Assembly (NCBI RefSeq): GCF_002105155.1
Contig: NW_019029000.1
Coordinates: 186,001 to 250,000, forward strand
DNA from: Lobosporangium transversale
Lineage: Eukaryota
Reading direction: 5' to 3'
DNA length: 64,000 nucleotides
Part shown: in pieces, positions 25,797-40,216 of the stretch
How the letters are laid out: each line of letters begins with the position of its first letter
Position numbering within the stretch: the stretch's first letter is position 1
The notes under the pieces: model-generated
Seen by the model: only the letters and a program-made list of their open reading frames with translations
Told to the model about the DNA's origin: nothing
The model's database searches: none
Translations under genes and position numbers: made by a program

Positions 25797-27254
25797 TTAA
25801 TGTCCAAAAAGAAATCCGTCCTCGAAATTATTTTGACTGCGTAGTTTTTGAGCATTCAATTTCCAGATCTGCTCCTTCTCTTTCTGCAATGCTAGTGATT
25901 GACGACGTGGCGACGCTGCTGGCGAAGATACATTGGAGATAGGAGAAGACATCTCTGCATCGTCTGCAGTAGTTGTTGATGGTGATGAAGATGATAATGA
26001 TAGAAGAGCCTCAAATGGGTCAACAAGCAATTCCGATAAATCTTCTTCAGGATCCTTGGCTCCTGTCAGGAACTTGATTTGAGCCCTGCTTCGACTTCTT
26101 ATACTATTGGCATGCTCAATGGAGGACACCGGCTTGGTAATGACTGAGGCTGGGTCTTCTTCTGTTAAGGATGGTGACATTGGCGATGAAGGTGATGGTA
26201 TAGAGGACGAGCGTGGATGATCTGGTTTTACTTGTGATTGAGGTTGAGGCTGGGATTGGATAGTATCTGAAGGCGAAGGGGTGAAATAAGTCTCTTTAGT
26301 TGAATGCAGCGCAGGGGGACTAGATGGTGGTGTGACCAACACGTTGGCGAAGGAAGAAGGCGCAGTAATGTTGCTGTTATTAATATTGCTGCCATTATCT
26401 GACACAATTGTGGTAGGGCCATTTCTTGACGCATTACTCTCAGCTTTGGTGCTACTATAATTGTTGCTGTTGCTGTTGCTATTGTTATTGCTGTAATGGC
26501 TGTTATTGATATTGCTAGTCCTTTGGACCTGATATGGCTGACTTTCACTTCTAGTTCTACTGGTTTGCTGTGTTGACGCTGCTGAGGCAAAATCCGAGAT
26601 AGATGACGATTGCTGCTGCTGCAATGGCGATGGTGGCGACAGAGACGGTGTTGAAAACAATGAAGGCATAGTATGGCGCTTGGCTCTGTTGTTTTTCCTG
26701 CTAGAGGAAGATGGTAGCGAAAACATACCGGGACTGATCGTGGACTCTGTGGACAACAAAGCCTTCACTTTTTCGGGTGGAGTATTGATGATCGTATCAA
26801 AATAATCCTCATTCGTATCCTTCAAATCATCATTAAGGCTTTTCTCGAGAGGCGTTGGTGGCAAAAACATGCCTGTTTCGTTAACAGTGCTCAACGGAAA
26901 GATTTGTTTAGCCTGCTCCTTCCAATCCCTCTCTGCTGCCTTACTCATGGATGACCGCCGCCTTGAGCTGGCAGTAGGGAAGAGAGAAACAACGCTTGAC
27001 GAGGATAGGAGCAAGGATGAAGAAGAAGAAGAAAGCGATGATGATGGTGCTCTAGAAGTGCTGATATCATTCCTTGCTGTGCCACTGTTGCTAACCGGGA
27101 CTGCAACACGGAAGTTCGGCGATGAGATCTGAGCAATACTATGTCTCTTCAAAGAAGTAGACGTAAAAATGGTTCTTATGGATGACAATCCACCCCGTGA
27201 GTTCGTAGCCGAGTCTACCATTGGTGACGGAGCAACGACTTGTGCAGTCGACAT
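25797..27254 (-). CDS. Ser-rich hypothetical protein, 485 aa, single exon
   Basis: Long uninterrupted ORF with coding-like composition and one conserved-looking block (IFPLSTVNETGMFLPPTPLEK). No family recognised. Confidence 0.7.
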   Translation of the reverse strand: MSTAQVVAPSPMVDSATNSRGGLSSIRTIFTSTSLKRHSIAQISSPNFRVAVPVSNSGTARNDISTSRAPSSSLSSSSSSLLLSSSSVVSLFPTASSRRRSSMSKAAERDWKEQAKQIFPLSTVNETGMFLPPTPLEKSLNDDLKDTNEDYFDTIINTPPEKVKALLSTESTISPGMFSLPSSSSRKNNRAKRHTMPSLFSTPSLSPPSPLQQQQSSSISDFASAASTQQTSRTRSESQPYQVQRTSNINNSHYSNNNSNSNSNNYSSTKAESNASRNGPTTIVSDNGSNINNSNITAPSSFANVLVTPPSSPPALHSTKETYFTPSPSDTIQSQPQPQSQVKPDHPRSSSIPSPSSPMSPSLTEEDPASVITKPVSSIEHANSIRSRSRAQIKFLTGAKDPEEDLSELLVDPFEALLSLSSSSPSTTTADDAEMSSPISNVSSPAASPRRQSLALQKEKEQIWKLNAQKLRSQNNFEDGFLFGH

Positions 27255-27381
27255 GGGTATTTATATGAATCTGAGTAGATATGGATGTATTGCTGTGTAT
27301 GTGCTTTTATGCAAAATATAAAATAAGAAGGGAAAAAAAGCAAGCAAGGATCAAAAAGATAAAAGACGGTTAGATCAAAGG

Positions 27382-27425
<44 letters not shown>

Positions 27426-30309
27426 GAAATGAGTAGCAGTTGAGATGGTTATATCTTATTTATGTCATATTCTTCTGCAAAGGCGCATTGTGGCAGAGAA
27501 TTTTAAAGAGATGTGGTCAAGAAAAAAAGGGGGAGGGCCAAGAGACAGGCGCGATTTGGTTCGGGGGGCAAAAAAAAATGAAATAAAAAACGTCGTGAGG
27601 TAATTCCAAAGAAAGTGCTAAAGGCCTGATCTACATCTTGAGAGATAGGGGAGGTGAGAGCAGCTGTTACTGAATTGAATGATGAAAGGAAAAAAGGGGT
27701 AGAATAAAAGTGCTCGTGGGCAAAGGTCAGCAGACAATGAATGAATGAATGATACGAACAAACCCATGAAGGAAGAGAGCAAGGAGCAAGAATGGAATGT
27801 TTACAAACAAGGGAGAAGCGTGGCAGTTTATACGCGTTTTTTTTTTTTTTTTTTTTTTTGAAAAGAAAAAATATCCTTCTTCAGAGGTTTCTATACTTCG
27901 TTGTTATTGATCCCTTCAATTGATGAAAAGAAAAGTGTGTTCTAACGGGTTCTAGCAAACTAAACTTTACATTTGTTGCAATAAACAATGACGACCAATT
28001 TGAAAAAGAAGGTTGAACTGAGCGGGTGAATGGTGCATGCACAACGCCTCTCTGCATAAAACTAATTGAATACATGACGAGTATGGAGATAAAATATTGA
28101 CCTCATTCATTTCCAATGGTTTCCCTGTGGCCATGTCTGTCCTGCCATTGCGCCCCCCGTTATAATTTCAAACAACGCATCACGATAAAAGGAAAAGAAA
28201 GAGTCCCTGATGTATACCTTAAGATTATCCATCTCAAAAGTAGAAAAAGTCCTCATCAACCTCTTTTCGGGCCGAAGAGTGTTTGTAACAAATGTAAATT
28301 CATATTTGGCCCCACGTTCTCACCGTTTGCATTGTCACTAGTATAAAGAAGAGCTGCGTCTTTTTTTTTCTGGCGCAAAAGATCTCGTGTGTGACACATC
28401 CTTGCTCGTTCAGATGTGAGTCCAGGATCGTGCTTGAGATTTAGATCCTTTGCATTCATCTTCATTTGCATGTCAATCGCCAGTCTTTGCAGCGTCACTC
28501 CGACTCAATCAAAATAATGCTTCCACTTTGTGGCAGAAAGGGCTTGGAGCAACCACGCCAGCTATAATTCTTCAAGTATCAATTCGCTTTATGGTTCGCA
28601 AGCTCTTGCCCATATGCACAGACCTCTCTCAATCTAACTCTAATTGTGGCAGGGTACATTAACCTGTCAAGTCATTGCGTTTGAAGAGAGGCTTTTCTCT
28701 TTTTTCCTTTCGCGATAGCTGCGTTAGATCCGAGCCACATCAAGTGTGGTTGTCAAGGAGGCAAGCGAGTCTCGTCTCTGTTGACGGGAGAAAGTTGGTT
28801 GCTATTTTGCTTATCATTTTAGCAATCGTAGAGCATGGCGAACTGTCTGTGGGATCTTCAATATGCTTATAATACGTGATGAACTAATATTATTTTAATT
28901 ATCGTCATGGCTAAATGAATAGTAATAATGTCGATGCCTGTGTGGACTACGGGATCCAAACTATCTTCACGAGTGCCCTCGCATACTGGTGTGCTTTCTC
29001 TACTTCGACGTGGTCCGTAGAACAACATCTCAATAAATCGAGGCCACAGTAGTAGTATTACAGCATTTTATTATGTAAAGATAAAGGATGAGAGTATCTA
29101 TATCGTCTCGTCTCTCGTGACCACGAGCCTCGAAGGATTATTCTAGGGTACCATTGTAGGAGTGCTTAAAATTCATCCAGTGGAGTAAACGGTACGGATG
29201 AAAGGTTCCCCCTTTTATTGGTTGAGCTTCCAAAGCAAAACACTGGCCCAGAAGTCGTGTCAGGCGGCATTAGTTTGATTTGGGTCTCGGCGGCGAATAT
29301 GAATGGAGGGAATGAGGCCTCTCTACTGTTGACTATAACTCCAAAATAGTGATGCCTCATTGTTTGAGCCCTCAGTCCGACGAAGTATCGACAACGGAAC
29401 AGTCTGACGAATAGGGTCCCGGGGCAGATCTTTTCCGATCAGTTTGGCACGGTCATTCGCTTAGGATGCCGATGGTTTGCTAGCAAATGTTTGGATTGAG
29501 TCTCGGCTTTGAAGGGAGAGCAATCCTTCACTGATACTGGAGCCCACTCGATACTGGACGATGATGGCAATGACGCCTTTCTCTATGTTTAGGTGGATGG
29601 AGAGACTTGTTGTTCCTCTAGCTCTTTAAACCGTGGGCCGAAGAAGCGTGTCGGTTCTTGTTTTTGCCCAAAGATATTGGTATTATATTTAGTTGCAAAG
29701 TTCCTGTGCAAACATGTCCGTTATTTTCTACCTCAAAGGAGACTTAATAATGTGTACAGAATGAAAGAGCAATAGCCCTGTTTTGACAACCCTCATCAAC
29801 ACGAAAATGATCCGAAACCCAAAAGCTTGCAGCATTTGGAACAAAGGTTGTGGATCGCTGCCAAATCTGGGGTTGTCAAATAGGTTCTCCTTCGTTAAGG
29901 GCTGGTTTTCTAGTCATCAAGCAGGCAGTAGGTGCCTGTCGCATCACTTTTTATCAGCTTCTAGTTTGCTGACACCGAACGCCACCATCACCTTTCTTGT
30001 TGTTTCTGTTCCTCCGGTCGCCACTCTCACTCCCCTGCTTGCTCATAACTGCCTCATAATCTTCGACTCTTATTCTCCAAACCTAAAGGCTATCAGCGGG
30101 TGAATTACACCGAGCTGTCTTGTATTTTCACGAGCCAGTAGAGCTGCTTTTGCAAGCTTTTTTTGCATTAACAGATATTTACACTTGCTGTCGTGGGCTT
30201 TTACTTTAATACTGCAGCGCTGAACATGGGCCAAAAACAAAGACTTTCTGTTGGAGATTATGCAAGGAAGTGATGTTCTGGCAACAACGCCCCATTGTAT
30301 TGCCATGGT

Positions 30310-30560
30310 TTGCTTCTCTTGGCGTGCTTGCCGCGGGCCGATTGCTGAAATCTTCGTCTTTGTACCATGCGACAGCCTGCACCAGCCAGGCGAGTAGCTG
30401 CTCGCGCATTCCTTCCTTCAGATACTTCTCCTTTGAGCTCGGTGCCATGCAGGCGGTGTCAGGGTCGAAAAAACACTACGACAGTGCACCACATCATCGT
30501 ATAGTCCGTGCAGGTTGTGGACACGGTCACGGTCTTGAACAAGAGGTGCGCATGAAATGA
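30310..30560 (-). pseudogene. Degenerate fragment of a D5-like (SF3) primase-helicase C-terminal region
   Basis: Frameshifted pieces FHAHLLFK...DYTMMWCTVVVFF and FDPDTACMAPSSKEKYLKEGMREQLLAWLVQAVAWYKDEDFSNRP resemble the D5/P4-primase motifs AR.LY, D.AMWRR..V.PF and LAWLV.GAVAWY. Recognised by eye only. Confidence 0.5.
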
Positions 30561-30930
30561 TTCACCAACTTGGGTCAAAAGGAACGTGTTGTCCACTGTC
30601 GAGATTAGAAAGGCAGTCAATGAACGAGTTACTAGACATCTACATGGATAGTTGCAGGAGCAGAAGACGTTGGTTTCCACGTAACAGGCCACGTAGGAAG
30701 TAGATGGCAAGATGGCATGGGATATGGTGCTGGATGAAGAGTTCAGCATTGCAAGCATGACACAGCAAGCCACAAGTCTCTTTCAATATGGACTTTTCTT
30801 TGTGAAGCCTTTCCTTTTTTTTTTTTTTTTTTTCATTCCATTACTTTACACACTTGGTCATTGCCTTTTTTTTTTTTTTTTTTTTTTCTTTCTTCTTCTT
30901 CTCCTAATTCTCATACAAATCTCTTCAGAT

Positions 30931-31855
30931 ATGTCTCGTCCATCACTGCCTCCGCCACCGCCTCCACCACCTGCAGGAGGACTATCAACAGCCTCTCCAG
31001 ATCGCACTGCACTTCTATCTCAGATTCAATTGGGTGCTCAGCTCAAGAAAGCATCGAGCAACGACCGATCTGCGCCTGTTGTAGGCATGTTAAAGAAACT
31101 TGTAACTCTCTCTGTCAGAAAAGCGTGTGGAAAAAAAATTATATTGGAAAGGAGACAGAATTTTAGAATAGAGTCAAAGAACTGGTCAAAGAGTTACGCA
31201 TAATGGCATAGTGAGGAATCGCACTAGATATTGTACAAAAAGAACACACTCAGTCTCGCTACTTGTGCATTTGGCCAAGTTTCGTTGTTCATTTCTGTTA
31301 CAATGTATTCAAGCCCTTGGCAAAAGTGGAGAGGAAGAGTAATACAGGGGAAGAACTGAGCCGTCATTGTGTCACGAGTTTCGAGCTGTTGCCTCCTTAG
31401 TATCTTTTTATCACAATTTCTCGACATTGGCTCCCTTGACCATTTCGTTGCACAAACAAAGGTTAACTCGTCCAGACCATTTCTTCCTTTCAATAGCCAA
31501 TCAGAAAGGAAACACGAGTTCTAGATCGCCCCTATCTCAGGCGCCGCAGAATCCAATAACTTCTACGGCTCCTCGATCGCCTGGACCTCCACCTCCACCT
31601 CCTATCAACCGCAATGGAGCAATCTCACCGAGACCAGCACCTGGAGTGCCGGGTCGTGCCGCTCCATCTCCTCTTATCACCACAACGCGTCCAGCCCCTG
31701 CAATACCTGGTGCTAATTCTTCAAATCCAGATAATCGACCAATGTCTCCTATCGGAACTGGTATCAAATTAGGTGAGTAAAAAAAATATTCATTGCTTCT
31801 TAATGTGTCATTAGATGTTATGTTACAATATTTCAATGATCACTCAACTTTCACT

Positions 31856-31894
<39 letters not shown>

Positions 31895-32235
31895 CAAGCT
31901 GAACCGCCTGCCATTGAAGGACGCTGGGCATTTAGGACTGCACAAGATTTTTCTGCCCCTCCGCTTCCTGACTTTAGTCAAATAAGAACATATCCTAGTG
32001 GAAATTCTTCCGGGACAAGTATGTATTTGCTATATTACTTTTTTACTGATCAAACTTTTGTTAATACCTTTTGATTAACAATCATTCATAACCCTTTTCT
32101 TTTCTTTTCTTTTCTTTTCTTTTTGTTGGATCGAAAGCTATACCTCTCGATCTTACAACTCTGGCGGGGATTACAGCAGGACGAATGCCTCCACCGCCTC
32201 CTGCTGAAGCCATTGGCCGATATCTTTTTTCATAG
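30931..32235 (+). CDS. VRP1: Compact verprolin/WIP-like actin regulator. Exons 30931..~31084, ~31497..31772, 31899..32018, 32138..32235
   Basis: N-terminal polyproline plus WH2 (DRTALLSQIQLGAQLKKASSNDRSAP), Pro-rich middle, WASP-binding-like segment EGRWAF...DFSAPP...RTYPSG and C-terminal IPLDL. Confidence 0.85.
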
Positions 32236-32751
32236 TCACCATAGTCACCTTCCCATAATCTTACAAATATCCCTGTAATGTCGCGATTTTCATTTTCCTT
32301 TCTTCATTTCATCTTGCCATTCCTTACTGGCTTCTAAAAATTACATTCATCCTCTAAAGTTTCCCCATCGTTACTTGCTCATGTATACTCATTTGCTTAT
32401 CCTCATTAAAAACCGGCTTTGGATCCCCCTTTTCCGGTCTGTACTTTATTCTAAAGTTCTCATATGAAAACATTGATAGCCAGCGTGGCCTCACATTGCT
32501 CGTGCATAAATTTTTGTTCAAATTTGCTCTTGCTCAATAGAATCCGTATCTAGCTACTTCATTGCTATTATTTTTTTTTCTTTTTTTTTTGTTAAATAGT
32601 TTTAATCACATCTTTGTATTGTTATGTTGAAAACCTAAGGCTTTCAGATCAATGCTGTGATAACCCCGTGTAACTTTGAGGCAATAATCAATTACAATGC
32701 CGAAAAGTAGTATCGCAAGAGGACATCAGCCATTCGTTTACCGAGAAAAGG

Positions 32752-32782
<31 letters not shown>

Positions 32783-33601
32783 CGATCAAGTTTGGGAGCC
32801 ATGGTAAGAAAGTTGAATGTTTGATATCAAAACTGTGCAACACGTTGCCTAGACAGCGATGCACAAGAGGCAAATAGTTCACAATTAACCATTTGTGACT
32901 TCTGAATGCTATTAGGATAACAATCGTACAAGTTCAACATCTTAAAGATCAAAATGATAAGTAGGAGTGAACTTAAAGGAAGTAAGGTTCTTTGGGATCA
33001 ATTAGTCTCCAAATAATCGCAAACAAAGGGAGACATGAATGGACGTAGCCATCTTCTTTGACAGATCAAAGAACTGAGCAGGTATTTATGATACAGAAGA
33101 GAACAATGCATAGAAAGAACAAAAGGTTGGAAACATGTCGCACAATGCATACCATTCTCAATCATAAGTTTCATGCACAGTTCATATTTGGATTCTCTTC
33201 TCTACCATTGCTAGAAATGAATCTCTTTGTTCCTTTAGACGTGTCATCATTGTTTTAAACCGCAGTAAAAGAAACGGCAGAGAGAATAAAGCAATGAAGC
33301 CATTCATCTGTCTGTGCGCATCCAGAGTATTGTTGAGTACCAAGAAAAATATGTTGTTGGGGGATGAGAAGTCCGCGGACGAATGAGAACAGTGACTCTC
33401 CTTGCCCACATGATTCAGATTGCTGTCTTTTCTCTTAATGACACAAAAGTGGCGTTACATCTCATATTTTCAGGCACACACATCCGTCTTTCTTTCTTTT
33501 TCTTACTCTCTATCGCTCTTGACACTAACTCTTTTCAAACATACACGCAGATACATAACACTACCCACCATTCATTCAACTTTATCCAAGGCAAAATAAC
33601 C

Positions 33602-36600
33602 ATGACCATCACAACTACCATTCCTGCATCTTCCTTCCCAGTAACTAACATCAAGGATGTGTCTACGTCTCCTCAAAATCAAATTGACGCATATCCATCA
33701 CCTTCACATTCTCCTACTTCAGTTTCTTCTGTTGGGACAGTAGCTAAGCATCAGTTGCAGCCTACTACATTTGATCGACGTAGGTCGTCTGTCAAAGCCT
33801 TGTTAAACTCACCTAACCCACCGGCTTCTCCTTTGGATGCTCTTGTCATGGCTTTGGAAGCTACAGTCGAAGAGGAAGAAGCAGGCCTTGAAAGATTTTC
33901 AACAAAGATAGAGGACGATGCAATGACGACAACAGGAGCAGCAGTAACAGCAGGAGCAGAAGACGAGGAAGAAGACGACCCTGATGCTACCATCCCTTCT
34001 TCACCTACAATGTTTATGAAACGTCCAGCATCAGCAACAGGACCATCACTTCATCACCTCCCAAGCATGATGCTTCCTGAATCGGCTGCATCTTCGGTCG
34101 CCAGATCCCATTCTGCTTCAAGCCTGACGCCCAGTACACTCCCACGCGAGTCTTTAGCTCAACATAGTAGTAATCAGCGCAAGATGTCCATTAGTAGTCA
34201 GGATTCTTCTTCGTCATTTGCATCGAATGGCGAACGAACCAAAGAGTATGCATGTACAATTGAAAACTGCAAGAAAAAGTTCTTTCAAATTTCACACCTG
34301 CGGTCGCATGAACGGTAAGAAATATATTTATTATGTGAACAACCAAGAGTGCCGACTTTTTTTTTTTTTTTTTATTGTTGTTGGTGTTTTATCTTCAATA
34401 GATGATGAAAAAAAAAAAAAAAAAAAAAAAGGAAAATCAATGTATGCAAAAGTATAGTAGGAGACATTTATCAGGATGAAAAGCAGCTCCATCACCCTTA
34501 TCACTATCATTGACACTGAAATCTTAGAAAGAAGCCGAAAAAGCCTATCTCAGACTACGTGGATACGAATCATAATCTCATTTTCCTTCTTTTTCCTTCC
34601 AAAGAATTTTGACGACACATTTCTCATTTCGCCAGTCACTTTTATTCTTTGTACCCTCTCTTTGCTCTGGGGCAGTGGGTCGTGGGCAACAGACAGTGGT
34701 CGGTGAATGGACGGGCAAATAGCAGACCATAATTTAAACGCGTGATGACTCGGCTCGTAAACTAATCGACTGCGCTCTATTTTATTTGTTTGTGTTCTTC
34801 GCCTTTGGCATTCCCTAAAACAAAAACAGTAGGTGCCACTCTGGTACAAGGCCATATGTAAGTCTCTTTCTCTCTCACACCCACAGACAGATAGCTCTAC
34901 TTCCCTTGTGTCTATCTATTCCTCAACATCCTTTCACATCCGACATAATTGGGCATGGAAACGGACCGATACAAATCCCTGGAAAGACTATTGGAGGTTG
35001 AACAAAAGAGATCTTCCTTATTCCATCATTCGATCTAATGTGATAAAGTTCACGAATCATCCTTATGAGCTGGAATGAACTGGAGACCAAAGGTTTTCTT
35101 TTAAAAGGAACAATCAGGATAAGTCAGAGACTTTCATGGTTAGGGTCATAGCACAAGCAAGGCATTAGATGGATTGACAGTGTTCGAACCAAGCGCGTCT
35201 TGAACCTATCTCCCTCAGTAGGCGAGGGCCATCTTTTAACCGATAATGCTGGATCAGATTGCTCTTCAATATGGCTCTATTGGATGTCAAATCCCTGTTT
35301 AACTGCGATTGCACAAATGGAGAAGGAACAAAACAACATTCATTATTACATTTGGCAGACTTTCCACTTGTTTTTCGCTCACGTTGCAGATGGTTTTTTT
35401 TTTTGCGATCCTGGGGTTCATTTTTCATTCCGCTGTATTGTTTTTATTTTTAACGTTGGACTTGAGATTTATTTGCTCAACCCTTCGGTATCTTTACGAC
35501 ATGTCGACCGTGATGAAAAAGCTGGTACAGACGTCAGCGTGAGCAGAGCATTTTTACAAAAGGCCCTTAGGAGTGCTAGAAAGAAAAGGCAGTAATGACG
35601 AGAAAAACTCAAGAGAAAATGAAAAAAGAAGATCAGACATACAATCGCACTCATCTCCTCCATCGCATGCTTTCACTCTACACAATCCGCTTTCCTTTTC
35701 TTCCAATCTCTCTTTCTTCACGTTTTAATCTGCTCTATTTCTCACAACTTTCTTCTTTTCCACTCTCCAACAATTGTCTGTCTGCTTCTTCTTGTCTTCA
35801 TTCTCTCCGCGTTCACTCAAATTGCTTTTTTGATTCCTCCTGAGAAAATGTTTGACGAAAGTAACTGAGATTTTGACGACTTACGGTCTTCCCAAATCCA
35901 TTTTTTTTTTTTTTTTTTCCTCATCTGCTTGGGGTTTGCGCTGCTTTTTCTGGTTGTTTTTTTATGTTCTTCATTTGTGCTTCATGCGACGTCCATCAAT
36001 TTGGCAACTGGGACCGTTGGTTCTTCGCGCGGATGATTTGTGTTGTCATGTACACAAATCTCTTTGTGCTTTGTTACTATTGATTTGGTCCTTCTTGTGC
36101 AACGCATTTTTTCTGGCTTGGCGATGCTTGATGGGCGCACTTGGCCTTTTTTTTTTCCCTTCGTTCTCGTTTTCGTCCATATGGTTTTTTAAATTAAATA
36201 CAGGTCTGTCGATTTGATGGATGTGATCGAGCGTTCACTCAACTGGGGAACCTGAAGGTAAATAAATGTTTTTATTTTTCATGAATTCTGTCATTATTCG
36301 ATTAATAATCAACTGAATCATACTTCTATGTTCTTTATTGGATGACTGTAGACTCATGAACGCAAACATACTGGCGAAAGACCCTACAAATGCCCACACC
36401 CCGATTGTGACAAGACATTCACACAACTTGGAAATTTAAAGACACATGAACGTATCCATGATGAGGTCAAGCCATTCATGTGTCGGCTTCCAGGATGTGG
36501 AAAAACATTCAGCCAACTTGGAAACTTGAAGGTACGTTGTTAATAAATGTTCAGGAGCTTTTTTTTTTTTTTTTTTCCGTAAAATATAAACATATCATGC

Positions 36601-36963
36601 TTGATCTATAGCTAATGATACTTTTCGTACTTGTATCACTAGACACATACCACAAAAATGCATCCAGAAGTAAATATCAGTGATGAAGAACTGGCAATTA
36701 GGACAGCATCCAGCCCAACACACGAGGCTCAGGATCTAGAGGATAGATCGTTGCAAAAAGCACGACTTGTCATGGGCAGTGAACCAGGAGTGGTACAGGT
36801 GATCGCACACTTTAATCCTTACCAGCGACGACCCATTAAGCCTCAGCGCTATGAGGAAGAGCGACTTTTGAGGACAATCCGAGCAATGATCCAACATCAG
36901 CAGCGTGTACGAGAATTAGAATATGGTAGTGAAGTTTCTGATGAGATGGAGGAGTTAAAATAG
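33602..36963 (+). CDS. C2H2 zinc-finger transcription factor, 4 fingers, Azf1-like. Exons 33602..34314, 34833..34857, 36204..36257, 36352..36531, 36643..36963
   Basis: Spliced fingers [63 protein letters not shown]...[14 protein letters not shown]...[15 protein letters not shown]. All GT-AG junctions in frame. Confidence 0.9.
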
Positions 36964-37368
36964 ATATCAAACATCGCTCGTTGGATAAGCAAGAAGGAAT
37001 TAGCATAAAGGCCAAGGAAACGTCCTTTCCTTCACTTATAAAAAAATTTCGTACATATAATTTCCACCTGAATCGGCCAACCTCTATTCCTAATGTGCCA
37101 CATCCCTTCTTATTGTTCTCATACCATTTCTTCTTTTCCTTGAACAAGCTGCGTTGTAATTGTAGATAATTCGCTCTAATAAAAGGATAAGCTTTATGTA
37201 TCCAGTCTAATGCATACCAAGGTTACCAGATGTTATAGTTCCCCACTACTTGCACCAGAGTTTTTGTTACATATATGTAACTTCCACAAGTCACAAAGGA
37301 CCAGAAAGTCCCACTTTTCGTCTTCGTGTCCCTTACACTTCTTATTTTCAACTCCATATTCTTCAACC

Positions 37369-38801
<1,433 letters not shown>

Positions 38802-39098
38802 ACCAGTCTCTGTCTTGAACCTCATTTTAGGTTCCTATATTATCATCATTTATTGCCACGGAATGTATTGTTGACAACTTGTTGAATGAAAACCTCAAAA
38901 GCGATATATTAAACGGTGAAAAAAAAAAAAAAAAAGATCGTTTCTCGTGTTTGATAGCAAATCTTTATTCATGAGCGTAATATGATACAATAAAAAAAAA
39001 ATAAAAAAATAAAAAAATAAAGAAAAAAAAGTGAAAAGGATCAGACACGAGGAAAGAGGAATGGGAAGAGGGCAAACTAGGTTAAGGCATCAACATTC

Positions 39099-39541
39099 TT
39101 AGGCGCGAGTCAACTTTCCATAGATGTGAAGAGCAAAGACAGAGGCAATAAAAGCCAATGACAAGACCAAGACCACAACGGGGTCACTAAGTTTAAAGAA
39201 ATTAAACAAGAGAAAGAAAGAAACAGATGAATGTCATGGCCTAAGAATACGGCAGTGTATGCGAATTGACAGATTGCGTTGAGGAGGAAATGACATCAAG
39301 CCAGGAGTTTAATGTCTAATCGCTCGAGCCAAAAGAGAGATAAAAAAAAGCCAACTTACACACGAAGACCAGGCGAGTCATCAGTGTAGATACGCATCAT
39401 TCCCGAGGTGCTGGGTCCTGGTGCGCGAGAAGTCTGAGCCTTAGAACTTGTAGTACGTTTCCTGAGGAACCAACAACAAGAGAAATACGTCAGCATCTCC
39501 TGAGTTAAGTCTACTGTCAAAGAAAATGGTTTGACTCCAGG

Positions 39542-39574
<33 letters not shown>

Positions 39575-39832
39575 ACCTCAAAGCGGCGGCGCGAGGAGAG
39601 GCGCCAGCGGGGTTAGGGGAAGGAGCAGAGTCAGACTAAAGAGAGAGAAGGAAAAAAAAGAAAAAAAAAAAAAAAGTAATTTAAGAGAAATGCTGATCAA
39701 TTTCTTTGTTCATTCTGTAGTTGATCCTGAAAATCAGGAATATAGAAAACATGCTTGGTTTTCCTCTGCAATTCGCGACACAAAACGAAAAAAGCCTAAA
39801 GACAGGATAATTCAATTGATTTTTTTTACCAT
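39099..39832 (-). CDS. SBH1: Sec61 translocon beta subunit. Exons 39832..39830 (ATG only), ~39635..39577, ~39461..39360, ~39186..39099
   Basis: Not in the ORF track. Manual splice gives M|SDSAPSPNPAGASPRAAALR|KRTTSSKAQTSRAPGPSTSGMMRIYTDDSPGLRV|DPVVVLVLSLAFIASVFALHIYGKLTRA*, the Sec61-beta signature. Confidence 0.93.
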
Positions 39833-40216
39833 GGTGATGATTTGATGGAGGTGTGAGTGAAAGTGTGAGAGAATAAAGGATGATGAGAGAAGAGAAAGAA
39901 AAAGGTGTGCAATATCAATGCTCTTCTTGATTGAGGATCCAATGGGATTGCGCCAGTCAAATGCATCGTCAATTACATATAATTGTCAATTATAGAAATA
40001 CATTTAAGCGACTGAAATGTGATCAGTCAAAGAGTGATACCAAGTATAATATCATCTGTCGGATTCATCACAGTTGATACAATAAACTCGCGCCATGAAC
40101 ACACAGGCTTTTACTTTACCATCGCCTTCCGTCCTCTTTTCTTTCCTTTATTTCAACTTTTTAGGCTCACGCTTCTTCACAAAAGCAAAGAAGTTCCGTT
40201 TTTAGTGCAACTCATC

